Assembly (NCBI GenBank): GCA_963833425.1
Contig: CAWHXP010000005.1
Span: 96,001 to 160,000 of the forward strand
Source: an uncultured Methanosarcinaceae archaeon
GTDB taxonomy: Archaea > Halobacteriota > Methanosarcinia > Methanosarcinales > Methanosarcinaceae
Length of the DNA: 64,000 nucleotides
Direction of reading: 5' to 3'
The notes under the pieces are model-generated. The model made no database searches. It saw only the letters and a program-made list of their open reading frames with translations, and had not been told where the DNA came from. How positions within the stretch are numbered: position 1 is the stretch's first letter; the number at the start of each line of letters is the position of its first letter. Below are positions 11,515 to 23,367 of this stretch, in pieces. A program made the translations under genes and the position numbers.

Positions 11515-12210
11515 GTGCATGATATAGAATATCTGAAAAAACTCGCCCTTATAGGGGCAGTAAATAAAACAATTAAAGTATCTTCGAGTGAGTTTCAAAA
11601 GCATATTGTAGCAAGTTCCAAGACCGCAGCAAGAAAACTAAAGCAATTGGAAGAAGAAGGGCTGATCGAAAGGAAGATCGTCCCCGGTGGCCAGTTGATA
11701 AAGATAACAGAAAAGGGAATTGAAACTCTTAAGAATGAATATAGGGAGTACAGCAGTATCTTTTCTTCAGAGTCCTATAGCCTGGAACTTGAGGGAAACA
11801 TCTTTAAGGGACTTGGCGAGGGCCAATATTATGTAAATATACCTGGATACAGAAAACAATTTGAAGAAAAATTATGTTTCTCACCTTTTCCTGGAACTCT
11901 TAATATAAAAGTTTCCGGAAATAGTTTGACTGTGCTAAATAGATTACTGGAACTTCCGGCTGTCCAAATAGAGGGCTTTAATGATGGAAAACGCACTTTT
12001 GGGGGTGGGAGATGCTATCCTGTTAGTGTAAAAGGTATCGAAGCTGCTGTGGTAGCTCCTGAAAGAACGCACTACCCTTCAGATTTGATTGAGATCATTG
12101 CACCGGTAAAATTAAGAGATACCCTTAGCTTAAAAGACGGAGACAGAGTTGTAATACAGATTAAAAAAAGGGTCTGGAGAGCAAAAAATGAGCGAAAATA
12201 CTGTATATGA
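11515..12210 (+). CDS. ribK: wHTH-fused CTP-dependent riboflavin kinase (RbkR)
   Basis: N-terminal HTH (SSKTAARKLKQLEEEGLIER), GLGEGQYY, PFPGTLN, PERTHYP; GTG start after AGGTG. Confidence 0.93.
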   Translation: MHDIEYLKKLALIGAVNKTIKVSSSEFQKHIVASSKTAARKLKQLEEEGLIERKIVPGGQLIKITEKGIETLKNEYREYSSIFSSESYSLELEGNIFKGLGEGQYYVNIPGYRKQFEEKLCFSPFPGTLNIKVSGNSLTVLNRLLELPAVQIEGFNDGKRTFGGGRCYPVSVKGIEAAVVAPERTHYPSDLIEIIAPVKLRDTLSLKDGDRVVIQIKKRVWRAKNERKYCI

Positions 12211-12928
12211 GTGTCTTAAATACAGAAATCAGAATATCAAAAGGGCTCTAAATGCCCTGAGTGCCGGGAAAATGATCCTGATTTATGATTCGGACTCAAG
12301 AGAAGGAGAAACCGATCTGGTAATTCCTGCAAAAGCAGTAACCTACAAAGACGTGAAACGGATGCGAAAAGATGCTGGTGGCCTTATCTGCGTTGCAGTA
12401 GACCCTTTGGTTGCTAAACAGTTAAGATTACCCCTTATGGCGGACTTAGTTAGCGAGGCCAGCAAAACCAGTGACTTTCTTGAAGAAATTGTGGAAAAGG
12501 TAGGGGACCTTGATTATGATTCACGTTCATCTTTTTCTCTTTGGGTCAATCACAGAGATACTAGAACTGGAATTCCGGATGATGAAAGAGCCCTTACTAT
12601 CCAAAAAATCGGAGAAATTACAGAAAAAAATATTTCTGGAGACATAACTCGTTTTGGAAACGATTTCAGAACCCCGGGGCATGTAGCCCTTCTGATAGCT
12701 GCTGAAGGCCTATTGGATGAGCGCAACGGACAAACCGAACTTTCAATTGCTCTCGCCCGTATGGCTGGAATTACTCCCGCAATGGTAGTTTGCGAGATGC
12801 TGGATGACAACAATGGTAAGGCCCTTTCCAAAGAAAAGGCAAAAGAATATGGCAAAGATAATGGACTTATATTCCTGGAAGGACAGGAAATAATTGAAGC
12901 TTATAAAATCTGGGCAGGTTCTGGATAA
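12188..12928 (+). CDS. ribB: 3,4-dihydroxy-2-butanone-4-phosphate synthase
   Basis: DSDSREGETD, TGIPDDERA, FRTPGHV, VVCEMLD. Confidence 0.95.
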   Translation: MSENTVYECLKYRNQNIKRALNALSAGKMILIYDSDSREGETDLVIPAKAVTYKDVKRMRKDAGGLICVAVDPLVAKQLRLPLMADLVSEASKTSDFLEEIVEKVGDLDYDSRSSFSLWVNHRDTRTGIPDDERALTIQKIGEITEKNISGDITRFGNDFRTPGHVALLIAAEGLLDERNGQTELSIALARMAGITPAMVVCEMLDDNNGKALSKEKAKEYGKDNGLIFLEGQEIIEAYKIWAGSG

Positions 12929-13533
12929 TAATCAACTTTCTTTTTCCACTATCTTCCGTTTTTGTTCAGCTACATTTTTTTTCTTGGTTATTTGTTTATA
13001 TTGTGCCCTTGATTCTTCCGGCTTTTCGCAGATTTCCTCTAAAATAATATTTTTCACAACTTGTTCCCATCATGATATTTTTTTAATTCATTTAATTTTG
13101 CAATTTGCATCACTATTCGTAACTAGACATTCTGCCACTATTCAGTTGGAAGATATCTATTTTAATGTAATAGATACTACTGATTATTAACTGGAGGAAA
13201 AAAAAATCAAACTTTTGGTTTCCTCACCCCGCTAAAGCCACCGATTATATTCACACCAGAGCTCTGGGTATAAATGAATTATTCAAAATCAAATATTTTA
13301 AGGAATTTAAATAACCTCTTATTTTTACGGATCATAGATATAATATCTATCAAGCATATGAAATCATTAAAGATTTTATTGAAATCCTCACATTTTTATA
13401 GACTCAAAGGTTTTACATGAAGTAGTTACATTTTATAGCGCAAAGATAGCTTAAATTAAAGGTATTCGAGAAGTTTCCATCTACGCGGCAAGCTACAGGT
13501 ATTGACTAAATTAATTGAGAAACCTTACGAATA

Positions 13534-14133
13534 TCAGCGGTTGAATATTTTATCCAAGAAATACTGATGGATTCGAAGGTCATCGGTTAATTCCGGATGG
13601 AACGCAAGAGCCAGTATATTTCCCTGTTCTGCCATAACTATCAGATCGTCGAGAGTTGAAAACACACTCACCTCAGGTCCACAGTTGACTATTCCAGGAG
13701 CTCTGATAAATACGCCTCTAAAAGGAGAATCGAGAATTTCAACTTTAAGTTCCGTTTCAAAAGAATCCTTCTGCCTCCCAAAAGCGTTCCGGTTGACTTT
13801 AATATCCATAATCCCGAGTAGCTCCTGTCTAGTTTTTTCTATCTGCTCATCTCCTTCCTTTGCGAGCACAATCAACCCTGCACAAGTACCAAGAACTGGA
13901 ATTCCCTTCGCAGCCACATCTTTTATCTCTTCAGCAATTCCCTCACGGGCCAGAAGCCTGCAAAGAGTTGTACTCTCCCCTCCAGGAATCACAATCCCAC
14001 TACATTCAGGAACAAGACCCTGATGCTTTATTTGAACTATCTCTGCATCTCTCCCTCTTTTCACAAGAGCTCTCTTTAAAACATCAACATGCTCAGAAAC
14101 CGCACCTTGGATAGCGATTACACCTATCTTCAT
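13534..14133 (-). CDS. pdxT: PLP synthase glutaminase subunit
   Basis: IPGGEST, GTCAG, RNAFGRQ, FIRAP, FHPEL. Confidence 0.97.
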   Translation of the reverse strand: MKIGVIAIQGAVSEHVDVLKRALVKRGRDAEIVQIKHQGLVPECSGIVIPGGESTTLCRLLAREGIAEEIKDVAAKGIPVLGTCAGLIVLAKEGDEQIEKTRQELLGIMDIKVNRNAFGRQKDSFETELKVEILDSPFRGVFIRAPGIVNCGPEVSVFSTLDDLIVMAEQGNILALAFHPELTDDLRIHQYFLDKIFNR

Positions 14134-14501
14134 AAGAACACCATTTTCTAGAAATTAACTTTTTTGTTGGATTTAAAATTTTGAAAAATTAGGTACTATT
14201 AAGCCCGAGAAAAACAATATAAATAACTATCTTTACTACGATTCAATGAGCAAATTTCGGTGGGATGATTTTGTTTAACGCAGGCTATTGATTACATTTC
14301 TTACTTTTCAATCAATTGAAAACAAGAAGTATCTATCGCACCAAAATAGAGCTCTCTCAACGATTTTTGGTGGGCTAGATATTTATAAAATCAAATCAAT
14401 TTATTCTCACAGACTTGTAAGAAAGACGTATTTGTTAGATTTGAGTCTTTAGTCCTCTTGAGTGAAGCAAAAAGTACTCCCTGAAGATCTATTCGAATTT
14501 T

Positions 14502-15398
14502 TCACCAACCTCGTTCCTGAAGAGCTTCTTCTATGGGGATCATATCTGCGCTGATGCCCTTCATTCCGGAACCAATACCTTTCGATATCTCAGCAAGTCT
14601 TGCAGGGTTATCATAGTCATTTACACCTTCAACAATTGCTTTTGCCATTTTTTCAGGACTTTCAGCTTTAAAAATGCCTGAACCCACAAAAACTCCATCA
14701 GCTCCAAGTCGCATCATAAGAGCTGCATCCGCAGGGGTTGCAATTCCACCAGCCGCAAAATTAACCACAGACAAGCGCTGCATCTTTGCTGTTTCGATCA
14801 CGAGCTCTATCGGAGCTTCAATCTCCCTGGCAACCAGGATCAGTTCTTCTCTTGTCTTACCAGAAAGTGCACGTATTTCCCCCATAATCTGCTTCATGTG
14901 CTTCACTGCTTGGCTGACATCACCTGTTCCAGCTTCTCCCTTGGTCCGGATCATGGCTGCCCCTTCGTTAATCCTTCTAAGGGCTTCTCCGAGATTTCTA
15001 GCTCCGCAGACAAAAGGCACTGTAAACTGTGTCTTGTCTATGTGGAAGAAAGGATCAGCTGGGGTCAGCACTTCGGATTCGTCTACCATGTCAACACCAA
15101 GTGCCTCCAGAATTTCGGCTTCTACAAAATGCCCTATTCTAGCTTTTGCCATTACAGGGATAGTAACAGTATCAATGATTTGTTGAATTATTTCAGGATT
15201 TGCCATTCGGGCAACTCCACCAGCTTTCCGAATATCTGCAGGAACAGCCTGAAGGGCCATGACAGCCACCGCTCCGGCTTCTTCTGCGATTCTGGCTTGT
15301 TCAAGGGTTGTTACATCCATGATCACACCCCCTTTCTGCATCCTTGCAAAGCCCCGCTTGATAAGTTCTGTCCCGTGTCTCAATTTTTCAATGTCCAT
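14502..15398 (-). CDS. pdxS: PLP synthase synthase subunit
   Basis: [39 protein letters not shown]. Confidence 0.97.
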   Translation of the reverse strand: MDIEKLRHGTELIKRGFARMQKGGVIMDVTTLEQARIAEEAGAVAVMALQAVPADIRKAGGVARMANPEIIQQIIDTVTIPVMAKARIGHFVEAEILEALGVDMVDESEVLTPADPFFHIDKTQFTVPFVCGARNLGEALRRINEGAAMIRTKGEAGTGDVSQAVKHMKQIMGEIRALSGKTREELILVAREIEAPIELVIETAKMQRLSVVNFAAGGIATPADAALMMRLGADGVFVGSGIFKAESPEKMAKAIVEGVNDYDNPARLAEISKGIGSGMKGISADMIPIEEALQERGW

Positions 15399-16067
15399 GA
15401 ATAGCATCCTCTTGTTTTTGTCTTATTTATGATAATACACCTTTGGAAAATACTTTAATAAGTTTTAAAGTTGTCAAGTTTTTTCCATTAATCACAACAA
15501 AAAGTTAAGGTTTCAGTTTGTTGTTTTTCTAGTGTATTGTGAATACTCTCAATAGTTAAAAGCATTATTTAAGTCATTTCTTAATTAAAAAATACAGAAT
15601 AGACTAACTTATGACAATTTGAAATGCTTCTTTTAGGTAAAATATTGCAGTCATTTACAGTATTTTGAATCTACTGTAAATTTGAAATCAAATTTTTGCA
15701 TATTTTATAAAATTTGGTTCCCCATGATAATGAATTTTCTGTGTGATAATTTCTTGAGATTTTTAATTTTACAGAAAAATGAACATAGTTTTTCTTTTCA
15801 TAACCTATTATTTTGATCTACTTGTTTAATGCAATACATTGCAAAACCTTAATGCAAGTATTACTATATACGCACATGTTAATTTTCAAGCCTCCTACCA
15901 CTATTTAGCCCCATATATTATGCTACCTAATTATTTTTGAAGCTTAAAGTTCCCCTTGACCATGTTTTAATAGGCTGAGGACTTTACTGGAAAGGTGCCG
16001 ATAGAGGATTCTGATTTGCGTCTGATTTTGTTCCCTTCGCAGGAACCCTGCCCAAATAGTTCTCACT

Positions 16068-16460
16068 AATTTCTGTATTTAATCAGATTTTTTCTTTTCT
16101 TGTTCATAATTCGTTTTGATTTTAAAGATATCTTCCACTATACTTAAAATACTCCTCTTATTTTCAATGTAATCAATGACGGAGATCACACAAAAAGCTG
16201 TACAAACATCTTCAGAGTCGTTCTTTGAACATTAGTGGCAAGAAACGTTCCTGTTTTGACTATCTTTTGTAGTTATTGAATAGTCAGTTCCCTTGGAGTT
16301 CTTTTTGAATGACTGATCTTAATTCGCAATTATATCATTTATTCCTTCCTCTAATGAACCTGTACTCCAAAGAATGATGAGGGTGTTCAACTGAGAACGT
16401 TTTACCTGGCTGTTTTCATCAAAAAAAAATCTCAGAATAGCTTTTTCCTCTGTTAAAGAA
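16068..16460 (-). mobile_element. Degraded 3' part of an IS5-family element
   Basis: Nucleotide similarity to 29330-29720, e.g. TGATTTTAAAGATA.CTTCC.CTAT and CAAAAAGC.GTACA. Confidence 0.7.
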
Positions 16461-16652
16461 GAAATGATAGGCTGGATATTTATTTAATTTCTATTTATTT
16501 TTTATGATAGTGTACTGAAAGTTTTGTAAAATTTATTGATCCCATTCATTTAATTCGCTACATAAAAAAACGCTGAGCCAATAGCTATGCTAATATAAAT
16601 TCTTTCATTATTTTTGAGATACATTCTCGTCTAAAAATCAATTAAGGATCGC

Positions 16653-17690
16653 TCAAGATCGCTTTAAATACTTCTGTACAAGCTCCGTATCTTTCAGTAA
16701 CTTAAAACTCACAAATCCTCCTACTAAAATATTTGTATAAAAAGTAAAAGCTCTCCATGCTGCCACTGCAATTCCGAGAATACTTACCGGCATAAAGGCT
16801 GAAAATATAGAAATTGCGGCAAATTCCGCTACTCCACTTGAACCCGGAGTCAAAGGTACAACAATAATAATGAGGAGCAGTACTTGCGCTGCAAAACAAA
16901 TTAATACAGAAGGAGGCTGATTGAGGCCAAGAAGAATTACTGGTAGAGAAGAAAAATCAACTATCCAGTATAAAATTGTATATGCGATTCCATAGAATAA
17001 ACCTACACGTCCTTTGGTACAAAAAAGATATATACTTTCATGAAACTCATCAATTTCTGCATCAATAAACTCCAAAAATTTATCTAGTTTCCCTCCAATT
17101 TTTTTACCACTAAAACGCTTGATCACCCACGCCACAAGACTGTTTATGGCAAGTTTAACATAACGAGGTCGTAGTAACGCAAAAAGCATTATGAAAAGAC
17201 TAATTATTGAAAGAAGTTCCCCTAATTCTAAAATTACGTTCATTCGTGGATCTGACAATATACCATGGAATAGGTATATAGAAAAAGGCGCAGCTAACAA
17301 CATTAATATAGCATCCAGTACGCGTTCACCCAAAATAACTGCAGTAGCCCTTCCAATTGGCACCTGATCCTGCCTTAGTAAATGAATCCTTAAAGGCTCT
17401 CCACCTATAGAAGAAGGAGTCAGAGCTGCAACGAAGGTTCCTGAAACTACAATTTCAAAAGATCTGAAAAGTCCTACTTTATGTCCGAGTGCAGAAGTCA
17501 TTGATTGTATGCGCAAACCCCATATAACGAAGGAAAATAAGTGAATAACAAACGCAGCTAATATATATCCAGGCCGAATTTCCCTCATAACTTCAATTGT
17601 AGTCTTATTAAGAGTGAAGATTAGAACGACTGCGATAGAAAATATACTAATCAAAATTGATCTTGTTACCCATTTAGTGTATTTTTTCAT
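16653..17690 (-). CDS. UPF0104 / lysylphosphatidylglycerol-synthase-TM (flippase-like) membrane protein
   Basis: Multi-TM protein with TPSSIGGEPLR, ERVLD, TPGSSGVAE, WRAFTFY. Confidence 0.85.
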   Translation of the reverse strand: MKKYTKWVTRSILISIFSIAVVLIFTLNKTTIEVMREIRPGYILAAFVIHLFSFVIWGLRIQSMTSALGHKVGLFRSFEIVVSGTFVAALTPSSIGGEPLRIHLLRQDQVPIGRATAVILGERVLDAILMLLAAPFSIYLFHGILSDPRMNVILELGELLSIISLFIMLFALLRPRYVKLAINSLVAWVIKRFSGKKIGGKLDKFLEFIDAEIDEFHESIYLFCTKGRVGLFYGIAYTILYWIVDFSSLPVILLGLNQPPSVLICFAAQVLLLIIIVVPLTPGSSGVAEFAAISIFSAFMPVSILGIAVAAWRAFTFYTNILVGGFVSFKLLKDTELVQKYLKRS

Positions 17691-18937
17691 GAAAGCACAA
17701 TCCAGTTATTAACCTAACTTCACCAATTAAAGGAAAAAATGTTTTTTTATAGCCCTTAGACCAAATAAAGCAAACGATTTTTCCTAAAGGCTCAGAGGAA
17801 TATATTTCTTCCGATCTTAACATGCCCACAAGATTTTGTATTACTTCCCGAGTTTTGAATTATTACAACCGCCGGATCCTGGAGATAATGATGAGTTTTT
17901 GCGATACTAGAAGATATTAAAAAGTCTCATTCTTAACTTGACACTGGCAACTTGAGCTCATTTTCGATGCTTCACAAAACTACTTTCACTAATATAGACA
18001 ATTTAAGAATTCCTTATTACCATCTTTGGTTGGTGTCCATAAGTCATTGATCATTCCACAAAAAGAATACATCTTTTGCTTTTGAGGAAAATGTAAATGG
18101 TCATTTGCTTAAGGTTTTCAGTAGCTTATGGCCAAGCCAAATTTCTTAAGAATCTACTCTTTTCAGTGGATTATATACTTCAGTATTCCATATGTACCGG
18201 TAATTGAAATCTCGTACTTTTGTTTGAATTTATTCAGGAAGATCGTAAAGTAAAGATCAATAGCATTATATATTTTATGCAATGGTGCTTAATTTTCTAA
18301 GGAATCCATATCTCTACCCTACCGAGCCCGTTGGAAATCCTATGAGCATGAGTAGCCACTACAAAGGCATCTTTAAGGGAAGTATGGCTAAGGCGTCCAG
18401 TTAGCCTCCTCCGACTGATTCCGGAAGTTTAAGTATAGATTCAATATCTCAGGGAATTTGCTGTTATATTTTTGGAAAATAATTATTGAAGTTCCCTTAG
18501 GATATAATTATTGAGATAAATACGAAAAAGGGATCTCAAAGCCATTGTTATAATATTAATGGGAAATTTGGTGAGTCTTCGCATGAGTCCATCGATATAC
18601 ATGCTTGATAATTAATATTTGCAATATAAAAGTTGAGATATGGATTATATCACAAAAGCTAAACTATTCCAAATTGTATATCAGAGCACAAAGATCATTC
18701 TCTTCACTCAAGTGGACTGAGGAGAAATATAATCTGAAAAAGCCAGTGAATTAAAAAGTTGAGGTGGAAAAATTATAAAGCTAACCTCTAAATTCAAACA
18801 GGAATGAAATCTTTATAGATATGATCATCTACTCGATTACCGAGGTATTGTGCAGATTTATTATACGTATTTACAATATATTTAAATTTAATTCATCAAT
18901 TAATTTAAAATTAGATTAATTATTCCTCTAAAGGAAA

Positions 18938-19009
18938 AGCCAAGATCCGGATTCGAACCGGAATGAAATCGCTCTGCAGGCGATTGCGTAGCCACTCCGC
19001 CATCTTGGC
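18938..19009 (-). tRNA. tRNA-Cys(GCA)
   Basis: GCCAAGA/TCTTGGC acceptor stem, ATCGC-CTGCAGA-GCGAT anticodon arm, CCGG-TTCGAAT-CCGG T arm, U discriminator, CCA not encoded. Confidence 0.97.
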
Positions 19010-19526
19010 ATTTTTACATAATTTTATTATGATGCTCAGCATTCGTGTAGGTGAATTAAAGGAATTTCTGATATATAAATATTTAGTTTAAGGGGGCTAC
19101 TTCCTAAATAAACACATATTATTCAAATATATTTAGTTCTCTCATAGAAGGAGATATCCCAATTGGAAAGTAAACCTTGGTAAGACGGCTAATCCTGCTA
19201 CAACAATAGCCAATATTAGCATGAGAATAGTGGAAAGGAGTATATATCTAACAGATCTCCCCACGATAACATTATGTACAGAACATACTACTCACAAAGT
19301 AGACATATCTAGTAAATCCAGATGGTCAAACATAGTGGAGAATCCAGGGAAATGCCATCTTGAAGGAACATAAAATATGAATCTTACAGCATCCTCGCAA
19401 CTTCCAGACTCTAAGTACTCTATAAAAAAATATAGATCATATAATTAAACCCCAATTTCAACAAATTGCTTAAATATTCTTTTATCCACAACCAGCTTAA
19501 AACTGGGATCTATTAAAAATCTATAT

Positions 19527-20720
19527 AGAGAATTCAATAAACTTCTAGCATTCGATCATTGGGGAGTTTAAGTCTCTCAATATCAATTTTCACTCATGAA
19601 AACTCGTAATCATTTTGCTCTTAAAGATGAATAAATAAATCTTCAATTAGTTAGAGACAAATTTGCTGAAACTTAATCCTTAGAGAATTTCAATAAACTC
19701 CTAAATAGCTAATTGTTGGAGAGTATCAATATCTTAAAATAACTTATACTAATAAAAAACTTACTGATTTTACTCTTAAAGAAGGATACATACGTCTTCA
19801 GTCACCTGGACACAAACTTAATAAAATTGATTTCTTAATTGATCGAAAAACTTTTCGTATCATTTTTGACTTCATATATTTAAACGAAATAATTTTATGA
19901 GGCAGACCAACACTGAAGTAATCATCATGTCAAGAATTGTTTTTTTTACAGTAAATACATGATCTTTCCTACTTTGAATTTGAGAAACAATGTATTAAAT
20001 CAAATTTCTTCCAGAAATTTCTTGGTTTTCTTGAGCAAATACTGACGGTATCATAGTCTGATATTCAAAAAAACATTTATAATGCAATGAAAAGAGATCA
20101 TAGACAATTGCAAAGCCATCTTGATTGCCTTTTTTGGAAATAAACACTGAGGCGATACATGATGCTACTTTTATCCATTCAGATCTTCGAAATACAAAAG
20201 AGAGAGCTCGAGGAAATTAAGCAAAAACAAGGAGAAAAAGAGGCTATGCTTAGAAAAAAAATCACAGTAAGTCATACTTTGAATATAAATTTCATAGCAA
20301 AATAAACAGGAATTATGAGCTGATAGGAGATTCAAAACAACAACTCCGTAACTTCATTATTCTCAGGTAGATTTATCTGAAAAAAATGAGTGATTTACAG
20401 AAACACAGGATACTTTTGAGCAAAATCAAAAGCTATGATTCAAAAATGAAAATAGCAGAAAAAGAACATCCTACGGGAATGAGTGATATATTAAGAAACC
20501 ATAGATCAGCTTAAAAAAAAGCCAAGTGGAACGAGTTTATGCAGTAACTAAAAAGATATTTAAAGCGGGGAAAGTTCTTGTCACACTGTCCAAAGTGTGA
20601 GTCTGAAAATTTTTTGTAGCTTTTTGTCATAATATCTATTATTTGATTACATTGTAAATAAAAAGAATATTTTACGGTTAGTGGAAGCTATATTTGAAAT
20701 CAAAGAATGAAAATTATTAA
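19527..20720 (+). mobile_element. IS5-family 5' stub (19527-19681) directly followed by a near full-length degraded copy (from 19682)
   Basis: Both begin with AGAGAATT(T)CAATAAACT, matching the TIR at 30395; collinear similarity to the 29.3-30.4 kb copy (KFLGFLE, HDATFIHSD, NYELI remnants). Confidence 0.8.
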
Positions 20721-20751
20721 GCCGATATTTTCAGGATGCATGGAGCCTTCA

Positions 20752-21795
20752 CTACTTTTTTTCAGCATTATTAGACCACCAGTTACAGATTTCTTCTCCA
20801 CTTGCAATCCATGCTTTTTTGCTGGAAACGTATTTCAGGAATTTCTCATAATGCCTAAGATTCTCTTCCCCAACTAATGTATTGTTGTGCCAGAGGACAG
20901 TAACCACACCATTGTACTGCTCTACTTTATCGACAAGTCTCTTTATGAGTTCACATGCCTTTTTGATGTCAAGGCGCATATAATCTCGTAGCAAAGTTCG
21001 ATCCATAATTATAAGAGGTATTTCGAGGATGTCTATCTGTTCTTCTGTATTTAGATTAAATGGCTTGAATGGGTGGCATACGCCATTTCTGAAACCTGCG
21101 CAGTCAGGGTACCCAAATGTTGTATCGTACTTGAAGCCTGCTTTGCTCAACAATTCCCATGTATCCGGAACTTTAAACCTTAAATAATGATTCCTGTACC
21201 CTACAACCCGTTTCCTAAGAACCTTTTCAAGCCTGTGCTTTTTTTCTATCATATCCTCTAAATTCTTGTAGGATTCATGTCCTCCATGCAGGCCGACTTC
21301 ATGCCCATAGTCAGATATAAAAGATAATTCGGATTCCAGATCCTCAATTTTGTAATTGAAGTCCTTCTCTCCAGGATGTAAGGCCAGAAAATAGAATGTG
21401 GATTTTGCATTGTATTTTGCTTCCAACGTCATTATTTCTCTAAAATTCCAATAAGGGTTCCAATTCTTGTTGGTTCTGGAAAAGAGTGTTTTCATAGCAT
21501 CCATTAATTTCCCTTTAGACAATGCTTTAGTTGTTTCAACTATCTGGTATATTCTTTCGGGATAGATCACATCAATATCATGAGTAAGACAGACTGCAAA
21601 TTTTTTCCCGTCTGGGTACTCAGGGCAAAAACCATTTTCTATCAGAAATCTGGATACTTTGGGATCAAAAACATCTCTCTGAGTACTTAAATAGTAAGGA
21701 AACCTATCATACATGTCAGAAAAAGTCAAATTGTATTCTTCTTTTTTGGTAAAAAGATCCCAAAGTTCCTCTTTGGTTTTTAGTATTTCAATCAT
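20752..21795 (-). CDS. Polysaccharide deacetylase family protein
   Basis: LTHDID, HEVGLHG, GYRNHYLRF, GFKYDTT, VLWH. Confidence 0.88.
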   Translation of the reverse strand: MIEILKTKEELWDLFTKKEEYNLTFSDMYDRFPYYLSTQRDVFDPKVSRFLIENGFCPEYPDGKKFAVCLTHDIDVIYPERIYQIVETTKALSKGKLMDAMKTLFSRTNKNWNPYWNFREIMTLEAKYNAKSTFYFLALHPGEKDFNYKIEDLESELSFISDYGHEVGLHGGHESYKNLEDMIEKKHRLEKVLRKRVVGYRNHYLRFKVPDTWELLSKAGFKYDTTFGYPDCAGFRNGVCHPFKPFNLNTEEQIDILEIPLIIMDRTLLRDYMRLDIKKACELIKRLVDKVEQYNGVVTVLWHNNTLVGEENLRHYEKFLKYVSSKKAWIASGEEICNWWSNNAEKK

Positions 21796-21852
21796 GGTCT
21801 TACCCTTTTGCAGAATATGAAAAGCTGAACTAATCTCTCAAATAAAAGAATT

Positions 21853-23286
21853 TTATGCTCGTACTATCATATGTTCGTTCTTATCACCCCTCCCAATCCC
21901 CTTATACACAAATCCCTTGCTAATAAAATCATCCGGTTCAATTACATTTCTACCATCAACGATAATCGTATTCTCTTTTCCAGTGACTTTCCTTATCCAA
22001 TCAGCCTTCAAATTAAAATATTCGCTGTGATCAGTAAAGAACACAACAGCATCTGCATCCATAATAACCTTTGTAAGGTCATCCGAAATCTCGATTCCAG
22101 GATAATTCGTAACATACGGGTCATGAATCACTACTTTGGCTTCTGCTTTCAGGCAGAGGTTCCTATAAGACTCTGAAGGGGTGTTTCTAGCGTCGTCCGA
22201 GTCGCGGATAAAGGCCCAGCCAAGCATAGCAATCTTTGCACCTTCCACTCTCTTTCCAATTTTTTCAAAGGCTGCAATAGTGAGGTTATACATGTGCGTG
22301 GGCATGAAATCATTAATTTTTCTTGCAAGTATGTAGATTGAATCTGTATCTTCGGGGTAATCCAGATGTGAATTCCCAATCTTGACTCCTCTTTCCAGGT
22401 GGTAAGTGTCCTTAGTAAGGCAGTGACCTCCGACACCTGCACCGGGCCAAAGAACAGCTCTTGTGATACCTTCTCCTTTTAAGCTGTCCACACCTTTCCT
22501 GACATCATACACATTTATACCCATACCTTCGCAGTAAAGAGCAAGTTGGTTGATTGCTGCAATCTGGAGGTCACGGAAAGTGTTCTCAGCAGTTTTTGTG
22601 ACCTCAGCCGCAGTTGCACTCATCGGAATTACTTTTCCTACAGTCAACACAGGGGAATATAACTCAACTGCTCTGCGGGTACTTGTCTCATTGATACCGC
22701 CAACTATTCGATCATGTTCCCGGATATTTTTTAAAAGTCTTCCTACCATTACTCTTTCAGGAGCATGGGCAAGAGCAAAGTCTTCTCCTGCTTTAAGATC
22801 GGATTCTTCTTCAAGAATCTGTTTAGCTATACCTTCGGTTGTGCCAGGGGTGATCGTGGACTCGAGTACTACAAGTATACCTGGTCTCATATATTTCCCT
22901 ACATTTCTAATACCATCAAAAAGTGCGGAAAAATCGGGTTCTAAGTCTTTAGGATTTGCAAAAGGAGTCTGAATTGCAAGGGTGACTGCATCAAGTTTGG
23001 AGATTTTTGAAAAATCTTGAGTGCATTCTAGCTTGCCAGCTTTTACTACTCTGGCAATAAGGTTTTCAAGGTCTGGTTCATCTCCTTTAAGAGGGCTTTC
23101 TCCCCTATTGAGCATATCGATCTTATAACCTGAACTTCTGGAATTGCGCTGAAAACCGAAAACTTTTTTAAAACATGGGGCATCTGCAAAAAGAACCGCT
23201 GAAGGTATGCCTACATACCCCATCCCTATAACTCCTATTTTTTTTATATGGCCACGTTCCTTTAGAAGTAGTTCTAATTTATTCAT
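21853..23286 (-). CDS. UDP-N-acetylhexosamine 6-dehydrogenase (WbpA/WecC-like)
   Basis: GMGYVG, ESTITPGTT, APER, KTAENTFRD, GVGGHC. Confidence 0.92.
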   Translation of the reverse strand: MNKLELLLKERGHIKKIGVIGMGYVGIPSAVLFADAPCFKKVFGFQRNSRSSGYKIDMLNRGESPLKGDEPDLENLIARVVKAGKLECTQDFSKISKLDAVTLAIQTPFANPKDLEPDFSALFDGIRNVGKYMRPGILVVLESTITPGTTEGIAKQILEEESDLKAGEDFALAHAPERVMVGRLLKNIREHDRIVGGINETSTRRAVELYSPVLTVGKVIPMSATAAEVTKTAENTFRDLQIAAINQLALYCEGMGINVYDVRKGVDSLKGEGITRAVLWPGAGVGGHCLTKDTYHLERGVKIGNSHLDYPEDTDSIYILARKINDFMPTHMYNLTIAAFEKIGKRVEGAKIAMLGWAFIRDSDDARNTPSESYRNLCLKAEAKVVIHDPYVTNYPGIEISDDLTKVIMDADAVVFFTDHSEYFNLKADWIRKVTGKENTIIVDGRNVIEPDDFISKGFVYKGIGRGDKNEHMIVRA

Positions 23287-23367
23287 GACTATCATCCCTA
23301 AATTGTTTTTCAGATATTACCGGTTTCTAGAGGTTTTGAGATTTTGCTTTCTCAGGGTCTTTTACGA

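Noticed and set aside
14674..15404. Long plus-strand ORFs over pdxS, and similar ones over aroC, purL, topA and the sugar genes
   Set aside because: Antisense shadows of well-conserved genes
18938..19009. tRNA-Cys as attachment site of the integrated element
   Set aside because: It is 36 kb from the integrase and I saw no duplicated tRNA 3' end in the window
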